This document shows, piece by piece, positions 46,298 through 55,466 of a stretch of DNA of 64,000 nucleotides. The stretch is from assembly GCF_000372725.1 (NCBI RefSeq), contig NW_005201732.1, forward strand, positions 1-64,000, in the 5' to 3' direction. Positions within the stretch are counted from its first letter, which is position 1. The number at the start of each line of letters is the position of its first letter. The notes under the pieces are model-generated. The model saw only the letters and a list, made by a program, of their open reading frames with translations. It did no database searches and was not told the DNA's origin. Made by a program: the position numbers and the translations under genes. This DNA is from Emiliania huxleyi CCMP1516. Lineage: Eukaryota.

Positions 46298-46699
46298 CGC
46301 GCTGGCGAGTACTCCCTCGCCGCTCGGGATTTAGTCTGGCCGAGTCAACCTGGCTGGGCGAGCCTTGGCAGAGGCGAGCAGCCGTGGCTGGAAGAACCCG
46401 TCGGTAACTCGCGGTGATGTCGCCGTCAAAAGAAAATCTACTCCAGGCCTAGGTAAGAGTGATCATGCCTCCCATCCCTCCCTTGGGTTGTCTGTTTTCT
46501 TTCTTTCTTTCTTTCTGATCATGCATGAGTAGGCGCATATACATGCGTACCGAACGAGAGGGTCCTCGCTCGAGGGGTGACAGAGCTCCTGCGGGCCGCG
46601 TCGCTCTGCGGCCGCGCAGCGGTCGCTGCCACACGCAACCACCTCGCGCCGCGCCGCCCTGGGAGTGGCCTGCCGCCCCGCCGAGGGGAGGCGCCCGCG

Positions 46700-47404
46700 C
46701 TAGCAGCCCGCCAGGGCCTTCATCAGCTCGTCGAAGGACGTGACAAACCAGTCGGCGCCCGCCTTCACCTTGTCTCGCACCTGGATGCCGCCAAAGCCGA
46801 TGAAGGCGTCGGCGCCGCCGGGCACGTCGCGCGCCTCCATGTCGGTCGCGCCATCGCCGATCATCACCACCGTGCTGTACCCCCTCGACGCCTTGAGGTC
46901 CGCCACCACCTTGGCCTTGCCGCCGGCGCGCGAGGTCGGCTCGGCAGGGTCGTGGCCGGTGAAGTCGCCGGCGTCGTCAAAGAGCAAGCTGTTCGCGTAG
47001 ATGTCCGTCGGCGGGATCGCGAGCTCGGCCGCCACCGGCTCGATCATCTGCCGGAACCCGCCCGAGACGAGGTACACCCGCTTGTTCAGCGCGACGAGCC
47101 GCGCGATCAGCGCGGCGATGCCGGGCGTGAGCAGGTCCGCCGGAGGGTGGGCAGCGAGCATCGCGTCCAGCTGCTTGCGCGACGGCCGCATCACGTCCAG
47201 CCGCGCCGCGAGCGCCTCGTGGAACGGCACCGAGCCGCCCATCGCACTCGCCGTGAGCGCCGCGACCCGGTCGCCGACGCCGAGGAAGGCGGCGAGCTCG
47301 TCGATGCCCTCCTTGGTGATGACGGTCGAGTCCACGTCGAAGCAGACCGCGTCAGCCTTCTGAAGCGCCGCCTGCGCGTGCTCGACGCGCGTGCCGGTCG
47401 CCAT
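46700..47404 (-). CDS. PSPH: Phosphoserine phosphatase (HAD family)
   Basis: CFDVDSTV..EGIDELA, LVSGGF, GGKA and MIGDGATDMEAR. Confidence 0.97.
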   Translation of the reverse strand: MATGTRVEHAQAALQKADAVCFDVDSTVITKEGIDELAAFLGVGDRVAALTASAMGGSVPFHEALAARLDVMRPSRKQLDAMLAAHPPADLLTPGIAALIARLVALNKRVYLVSGGFRQMIEPVAAELAIPPTDIYANSLLFDDAGDFTGHDPAEPTSRAGGKAKVVADLKASRGYSTVVMIGDGATDMEARDVPGGADAFIGFGGIQVRDKVKAGADWFVTSFDELMKALAGC

Positions 47405-47802
47405 CTCTCCTGGTCGAGCTGAGCCAGGGCGAAGTGTATTCTTTTTTGCAGGCCGGACATCATGGGTCGCCCGTCCTGCGTCCACCCATACCGCGTTGGT
47501 GTCCCAGTCGTTGGTCGGACTGTGTTTCGCCTTCCCATCAATCAATCAAAACGGGGTAGGTAGGGTAGGTCTGGGCCCTCCCGTCGGGTTTTCCCCTCTC
47601 TTCACGCTGGAATTTTCACAGCAGAAAAAGAAATTTTCCGCGCACATCACGACGTCAACCCATTGTATGGGTGGGCGACGGCTAGCGCACCACACACCTC
47701 TCCTTAAAATCCCTGTGTGGTGGCGGCGTGCCGTCCTCCCATCCCTCCCTTGGGTTGCCTGTTTTCTTTCTTTCTTTCTACCCTCCCCAATGCGCAATGG
47801 TA

Positions 47803-48156
47803 TTGGGCTCAACCCGTGCGTGGTCCGTGGAAATCGTCAAATTTTTGGCTCTGAGCCGAGTCTGAGGCTGGTTTGGGCCCGAAATCAGCCAAATTTTAGG
47901 CCAAATCGGCAAAAAGCCGGGAATTTCGCGGAGAACCCGTGTATACCTGGAAATTACCCTGCGACCGCCTGGGTATTTTGTCGATTTCCTCAATTTTGCC
48001 TCAGATTTTGCCCCAGACCAGCTCTCAGACTCAGGGAAACTCGCGAGTTTCCAGAATGGAGCACCAAACACCCTCTGTTTTCCCTGGAAATTTCCGGAAA
48101 GTGCTGGGGACCCTCTGTTTTCCTTTTTGTTTTCCGGAAAACTGGGTTGAGCCCAA
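47803..48156. mobile_element. MITE-like element with 13-bp terminal inverted repeats and a nested internal inverted repeat
   Basis: TTGGGCTCAACCC at 47803 and GGGTTGAGCCCAA ending at 48156. Imperfect ~30-bp inverted repeat 47856-47886 / 48004-48033. No clear target-site duplication. Confidence 0.55.
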
Positions 48157-48492
48157 CCAATGGAGATGACTGCTCTATTATTTTATTACGCTCCACCACC
48201 CTCGCCCAGGGATCTACAATGCTGTCTTAAGGTCCGACAGGTTCGGCACCGGGCACCGCCTCGGTATACAAAATGCGCCTGCGGGCGGACCCTTACAGAT
48301 CACAGATCACCCTCCCCAATGGGTGATCTGGTGCTTGTAGGGCTTGAGAGTGGCCTGCCATGTCACAGGAAGGACAAAACAACAAACAAATCAGGAAGGA
48401 CTGTGGTTGCAGGAGAGTACCAACCATCACTTTAAGTTGGTATGGTACCCCACCTTCACCTATCGAGTGATTTCTTTTTTAGTTTCCCATAA

Positions 48493-48541
48493 GTAGGGTA
48501 GGTAGGTAGGTAGGTAGGTAGGTAGGGGCAGGGCAGGGGCC
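48493..48541. repeat. (TAGG)n and GGGCA short tandem repeats
   Basis: Directly visible. Confidence 0.9.
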
Positions 48542-48777
48542 AGCCAGGTTTTTGCAGAATTTCATCATGATGTCCGGCCAAGCAAAAAAGAATACACCCG
48601 AAAAAGGAAAAAGAATTTTACAACAAAACTCCGTCGCACAACACTGGGCACGGGACTGGCGCGCACTGGCACTAACACAAACACAAACACAACATCTCTC
48701 TCTCTAACACAGGAAAAAGCATGCAAAAATTCTTGCCGCCCCGACAAACGCCCTGGGCCAGGCTCTTGCAGGCGGCG

Positions 48778-49046
48778 ATGCCGCGGGCGAGAGACGCGAA
48801 GGTTTGGAACACGGACCTGGCTGCCGCGTGCGAGGCGCGACTCAACGACGCGATCCAGAGGAAGCACCAGAGCGAGTTCTCCTGGCGGCGAAGCCGCGAT
48901 CGGATCGTCGCGCTCGACCAAGAGATTTACGTGCAGAAGAACGGCACCATCGTAAATCTGGACAAGGCCGTCTCGCCGGTTGAACAGAAGCGGATCTACA
49001 ATGAGCTCGTGCGAGTCATCGAGGGCAAGGCCGACATCGGTGGCGG

Positions 49047-49098
<52 letters not shown>

Positions 49099-52000
49099 GG
49101 CGGCGCGCCTGCTGGTCGTGGATCGATGCAGTACCTCGACACGATGCAGTTCCGCGGTGGAGGCTACGCCATCCTCTGCGCGTTCCACTTCCACGCCGAC
49201 CCGGGAGCCCAGCTCACGATCGACCAGATCTGCGGCTTCGCGGCGCCATACTGCAACGAGGAGATGCGGCCCTCCTTCTACAACCCCGGTGTGCGCGGTC
49301 TGTACGGCGGCTGGAAGTGCCGGGAGCAGCTGCTCAAGTACAAGCTGATGGTCAAGACGGCCGGCGCCGCAACCATGGGCCCGGCTGGCTGGAGCAGCAG
49401 CAATCACATGTACATGCTCGTCGACTCGAACGCTCGCCCGTTCATCAGGGCGATGCTCGAAAAGTGGCCGACGGATCGAGTCGGGCGTGGCGGCGGCGGC
49501 GGCGGCGGCGGCGGCCGAGCCGGCTCTCGCGGTGGCGGCCGAGCCGGCTTTCGCGGCGGCGCCTTCAGCGGCAGCGACGACAGCCTTCCCCCGTGCAGCC
49601 ACCACGTGGGAGGCTGCGTCAGCATCGCTCGGCCCGGCGCGCTGCTCTGCGAGGCGCACGCCGAGGAGGCCTTCCCGGACTACGAGGACTGGAGGGCGGA
49701 GGCTCGCCGCCGTGGCGTGACGGTGATCGGCGGCCGTGGGCGGGGGCATACCCCGGGCGGCGGCGGCGCAGGAGGAGGCGGCGGCGGCGGCGGCGGTGGC
49801 GCTCTGCCGCACCTCGACTGGTCTACGGGCTTCGACGGGCGGCCGGCGCCGGTGAATCCGCACAACGCGAGCGACCGCGCCGAGCTGGAGAAGTGGGCCC
49901 GCGACCCTGCGACCGCTCTCGGCGAGATGAAGGACTTTCGCCTCTCGCGGGAGCGGAGGTGGTACCTGCACCAGGTCTGCGATTCATTAAAATTAATTAA
50001 TTAATTGATTAATTAATTGAGCGGAGGCGGTACCTGCACCAGGTCTGCGATGAGCTCAAGCAGGAGGGCATCTGGCTCGCTCACGCCTCCTCCGGCTCGG
50101 GAGCCACCCGCAAGCTCCACATCCGGCTCGACCGGCGCGGCGGGAGCGCGGGCGGGCGCGGTGGCGGTGCGGCAGCCCTCCTTGCGGGGCTCGGGTCGGA
50201 CCTCGGGCCGTCGGCCGACGCGCTGCTCACCGCGAGCGCATCGTCCGGAGGGCGGTGGGCCGAATCGTCGCGCACGCCGATGCCGACGCCGATGCCGTCG
50301 GCGGGGGGGCACCGCCTCGGCGGGCCCTCTTCCCGCAAGAGGCCGGCAAGCGCCACCAGCGCGGCGGCGGCGGCGGCGGCGGCACGTGCGGCGGCGGCGG
50401 CGGCTGCCCCACCGCACCACGCCCGACCCTCGCCGACCGAGCCCGCCGCCTCAGCAGCAGAGTGGCGCTGCCCTCAGTGCACGCTCCTCAATCCGATGCT
50501 CCTCGACGCGTGCAACGTTTGCGAGGCGCCGAGGCCGGCGGGCTCCCTCGCCGCCGCCGCCACCGCCGAAGATCCGCCGCCGCGGCTCGCGTCGCTACAG
50601 GCCCCTTCGTTGCGCACGGCTGCGCTGGCACCACCGTCCACGCCCCGCCCCGCCGTCATCTCTCTCAGCGACAGCGATGACGAGGTGACGGAGGTGGCGC
50701 CCGCGCCCAAGCGCCACCGCACCCCCACCTCTGCCGCCTCCGCCTCCGCCTCCGCCTCCGCCTCCGCCTCCGCCTCCGCCTTCGCCTCCGCCGCCTCGAC
50801 CGGCGCCTCGACCGGCGTCATCTTGAGCGTGCTCGTCGATGAGCGCGAGCGGCAGGCGAACAGCAACCCCCTCTCCATCTACCTCAAGGTGAGGGAGGCG
50901 ATCGGCGCCTCCGACGCGCTCGGCTTCCAGTGCGACGTGCGGCGAGAGTCGCTCCCGCTGGGGGACTTCGGGTGGGCGGTGGAGGCCGAGGACGGCTTGC
51001 GGCTTCTGCCCGCGCTGGTCGAGCGCAAGCGCGTCGGAGACCTCGTCGGCCGCTCGCGGAGCGGCGACCACATGGCACAGCTCCGGAGGATGGGCGAGGT
51101 GCGCGCGGGGCGCAGCTTCCTGCTCCTCGAGGGCGACCCTCGCTTCGCCGCAGGCTTCACCGCCTACGAGCCGCGCGGCGGCGGCTGCGACGACGATGCC
51201 GTGACGGAGGAGGCGGACATCCTGGACCTGGTGGGCGCGCTGCAGGTGGAGGAGCAGCTCGCTGCCAAGCCGCTCCTCTGCTCGCAGCCGTCCGACACGA
51301 CCCAGCTCCTGGCGCAGCTCACGCCGCTCCTCTGGCACGAGCAGCGGGACGCGCCGCTCGACTCGCTGACGCCGCTCGGCGTGGCGCGGCGAGAGTGGAC
51401 GGCGGCGGCGCAGCGCGGGAGGAGCGCCTCCCTCCGCCGCAAGCTCCTCGGCTGCGGGCTCGGCGAGGCGCAGGTGGAGCGAGTCGCCGGCCGGTTCGGC
51501 TCCGAGGCGGCCCTCCGCGCAGCCTACGGCTGCTGCGGCTGCCCCGCCGCGAGGGAGCGGCTTCTGTGCCCTCTGCTTGAGGAGGACCCGGACGACCCCT
51601 GCGCTGCCGGCGGCGACGCGCAGTGCTGCCGCTTGTCGCGGGCTGTGGGTTGCGCTGTCGTGGGTGCTGAGCCGAGGCCCGCACGGGCATTGCCACCATC
51701 GCCGCCGCCACCGCCGCCGCCAGCGAACGCTTCGGAGGAGGAGGAGGATGGCAGCTTGGTGGGGCGAGAGGCGCTGCTCACCGGACTGGCGGGGAAGCCG
51801 CACCTCAACGGCTGGCGGGTGACGATCGGCAAGTACAAGTCGGAGGGCGAGGCCAAGGGGCGGTACATCATCCGCGTGGCAGGCGAGAAGCTGGCCCTGC
51901 GGCGCGCAAACCTCCGGCTCGTGCCCGTGCCCGGCCACGAGAGCGAGCAAGACAGCGAGGGTACGGAGGCGGACTCGGACTCGGAAGACTTGCTCGAGCA

Positions 52001-52893
52001 GGCGTGCCGCGCGCACGGGGTCGCTGCTCCGGTCCCGCGGGTCAGCCGTGGGGGCGGGGGCGGGGGCGGGGGCAGCAGCGGCGGCGGCGGTGATGGCGGC
52101 GGCGAGGGCAGCAGCGGCGGCGGCGGCGGTGGCGTGCGTCGCTGCAGGCTGGTGCTCGGCTCCGGGCTCGCTTCGAGGCCCAGGTTCGGAGCCTTTCTGG
52201 ATGAGTTCTGGCCAGCCGGCTGGAGCCGCGAGGCTGCCTCAGCGCCGCCTGGCACGTGGATGCAGATCTGGACGTCGCAGGGCGCTCTCTCCTCAGCCCT
52301 CCACGCCGTGCACGTGTCTTCGGCTGAGGCGCTCGTCGGCAGCTTGCGGCACTGCGTCGACAACCTGTCGCCGCGCGAGCGTGCCTCTCTTCAGGCGGTT
52401 GTGGCGCGGCCGGAGGAGAGGGAGGCCCACCCTCTCTTGCTCGACACGGCACGTGCCGCCGCCCAGCACTTCGCTCGCAGCTTGCCGGCGCCGAGCGACC
52501 CGCTGCCCCTCCGGCCCGGGGGACGGCGGCGGTGCTCGCGGCTGCTGGTGGTCGTCGGGATGGAGAAGGTGTGTGCCACCTCCCACGCCACCAGCTTCGG
52601 GGTCCTCTCCTCCTCCTCCCGTTGGCCCTCACTCGCAGCTCGCTCGCCTCTCTCAGATCCGCAACGGGCACGCGGGGCTCAAGAAGGAGTCGCCGCTCCT
52701 GCAGCAGGTAGCCTGGCCGCTCGCACGAGCGACACTGCTGGCGCTCCAGCTGGCGCCTGGCCCAGAGGGAGGGGAGGGCTTCAGTGTCCTCTCTGCGAGA
52801 GAGGAGTCGCACGTGCACGGGATTGTGAGAGGCTTGGTTCGCGCCTGCCACCGCCGGGCTCTGCTCGGTCTGCGCGAGGGGCAGCCTCAGTGA
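48778..52893 (+). CDS. MUS81: MUS81-like structure-specific endonuclease (winged helix, R3H, RanBP2-type zinc finger, ERCC4, HhH, SH3/KOW-like, C-terminal EME1-like domain); introns 49975-50042 and ~52570-52657
   Basis: Winged helix RGGGYAILCAF..LTIDQI..APYC. R3H RWYLH..HASSGSGATRKLHI. Zinc finger WRCPQCTLLN..CNVC. ERCC4 VDERE..LPLGDF..VERKRVGDL..LLLEG. Removing 49975-50042 puts ORF 48721 in frame with ORF 50280. Confidence 0.85.
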
Positions 52894-53208
52894 GATCCAG
52901 AGGTACGCGGCTACGGCCGTACGGGTGATTACGTTATCTTCGCCGCGCGGGAGGGGAGCGAGTGAGAGAGAGAGAACAGAGAGTGTATTCCTACACGCAC
53001 GCCGGCGGGGACAGCGTGTGTCAGCGACACTAGCGTTTGCATGACCTGTGTACACGCGGATACATGAGACAAAACAGCTAGAGTGTAGGGGGCCATGGCT
53101 TCGAATCTCCACGCTCCACAGCTCTCACTCCCACCCACGACGGTTCGCGTGTGGTACACCAACCATACACATCTGCATCGCTGCGCTCACGGCTCAGCGT
53201 GCTTGCCA

Positions 53209-55094
53209 TCACCGCATGGCGCGGCGGCGGGACATGGCGAAGGAGGCCGCGCCGCCGGACGTGTCCTGGCAGCAGCGCGGCAGCGCCGGGTCCCTGGGCG
53301 GCTCGGGCGGTCCCTCCTCCCACCCCACCCTCTTCAGCCACGCGTCCACGTACCCCATCGCCGGCCCGTTGCTCGCCCACCCGTCGGCGAAGCGGAGCAT
53401 CAGCTCGTCGGGCAGCGCCCACCACTCCGCCAGGATCACCTCCGCCTCCGCGTCGCTCGTCGCCGCGAGGGACGCTGCCGCCGCTGCCGGCGAGTCGGCG
53501 CGCACTCGCTCCCACGCGGCCGCCTCGAGCCGCCGCTGCACTGCGCGCACCACCCCCATCATGTCCGAGTACCGCGCCCGCGCCAGGTTGAGGACGAACT
53601 TATGCGCCCAGTAAGCGGAGCGGCGAGACACGCTTCGCGGGTCCGCGTCGGCGTGCGGCGCGGGCACGGCTTGCGCGCCGATGTGCAGCGGCAGGAAGCA
53701 GGTGCCGTGCGCGGCGTGAGGACCGTACCATGCGACGCCGCCGATGGTGGGCGGGAGCCAGCCGCGCGCCTAAAGGTGGGGGGCGTGCGGGAGTGCACAC
53801 AGCGCCCTGGGGAGCATCACTGTGCTGTCGTGCGATGCCGGGCCCGGGGCTGTGCTTTTGCGTGAGAAGCGCCTCTTCACAGCTCTCGGTGTGAACAGGC
53901 GGCCAGCCGCCGCGCCTGCACGACGTGGGTCTGCGAGGTGCGGTACAGCGCAATGGACCGCTCCCACGCGCCTCGCAGCTTTGTGACGCCCGAGGCGGAG
54001 TACCTGTCGGGGTTGGCGAAGGCGCCCGCCGCCGCTCCGGCGGTCATGTCGAAGGGCGTGCCTTGGTACATGTCGCGGTGAACTGCGATGAGGTCGAGTG
54101 GAGAAAGCTTGCGCCGCGTGCTCACAGTCGCTGGGTAGACGGGCGAGGGTCGCAGGTCGGAGTAGTCGCTCGGCATCGGGACGTCGGGCGCGAGCAGCCG
54201 GTACGCCCCCCACAGACGTCGGCCAGAGTAGAACTTGTGCGCATACTCGCCGTCGCTGTACACGCGTGTGAAGTCGAGCGGTCCGTCGGACGGCCTCCAC
54301 CAGCCGCTCCGCTGCGCGATCTCGTGCACCGAGTCGGAGAAGAGAAAGTCGGGCTGGCCGCGCGTCGTCCGGTTGGGGAGGAGGTGGCGGATCGTGAACA
54401 TGTTTGCGACGACCCCAACCTGGCCGTCGCCGACGCGCTGCGCTGCCCAGACGGCAGACTTGCCACTGTGGTCAGGCAGGACGTGGAAGATGAAGCCCTC
54501 TCTCGGATCGATCACCATCAGCGACTCGCCGGTCCCTTCGAAGCTTCCCGCACCGTAAAAGCCCTCCGCGACGGCGAGGTCTCCCATTAGCTGCACCGCC
54601 TCGCGTGCGCTCTTCGACCGCTCCAGCGCGATGCGCGAGAGCGAGTCGACAGAGAAGAGCGCGTGGCCTCCGTGGCCACGCGCCTGCGCCCCGAAGACGG
54701 AGGAGCACGTGGACTCGCCGATGCCGACCTGGTGCTCGTTGAGGATCCCGTACGTCGCCTCAAAGTAGCCAAACGTGTGCTCCACCTGCGGAATGTGGCC
54801 AATCGGCACCGAAGCGTTGAAGCCCGGGTTGTTCTTTTGAAGGTACGCCTCGACGCCACGATCGCCGACGAATCGAGGGAAATCCTCTGTGTCGTAGTAG
54901 ATTGGCCGCGTGGCACCCGGCGCGTGGTCCATGGCCGGGACGTACACGACCCGAGCATCGGGGTTGCTCTCACCGTCGTCCGAGTGCGTCGCCATGACTG
55001 AGCCGTCCACGCTCGCGTCCTTGCCGACGATGAGTGTGGTGCAGGCGGTGGTGTGGCGCGCGGCCAGAGCGACGAGGAGCGAGGTCGCCCACAT
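53209..55094 (-). CDS. Secreted peptidase family C69 (secernin/dipeptidase, Ntn hydrolase); GC-AG intron 53770-53915
   Basis: Signal peptide, then CTTLIVGKDASVDGSVMATHSDD, LNEHQVGIGESTC, ALERSKSAREAV, YSGRRLW and WERSIALYRT. Confidence 0.93.
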
Positions 55095-55194
55095 ACCAGA
55101 CAGATGGATCGGAGCTGGGCCCGCTGGGCACACAAGCGAATAGTCGGCGGCGTGGACGAACCAGTGACACCTAGGAGTCGCTGCACTCCAGGGA

Positions 55195-55445
55195 TGGTAT
55201 GGACGACAACCCATCCCCGGTCTCCGGGAGGCTGGGTCTGTCAGCAGGCGGGGGGGGTATGGTCTCGAGGTGGGTTGCATTGCACCATACCATACCCCGC
55301 AGAAAGTCAAAGTCCAAACCCTGCTGCGGTGGTACCATACCCCCCCACCCTTTGGGCCGCGAGGGTACCATACCATACCCCGGAAAAAGTTGGAACCCAG
55401 AGGCTGGAGCGAAAGGAAGAAATGGAGACCGCCTCTCCATACCCG
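55195..55445. repeat. Cluster of GGTATGG/CCATACC motifs in both orientations (fold-back repeat)
   Basis: GGGGGGGTATGGT versus ACCATACCCCCC, and repeated ACCATACCATACCCC. Confidence 0.6.
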
Positions 55446-55466
55446 GTAGGTCTCCCCTACACAAGT

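Noticed and set aside
48721..50004. Stand-alone 427-aa gene ending KLIN
   Set aside because: The stop lies in the predicted 68-nt intron, and the frame continues into the ERCC4 ORF.
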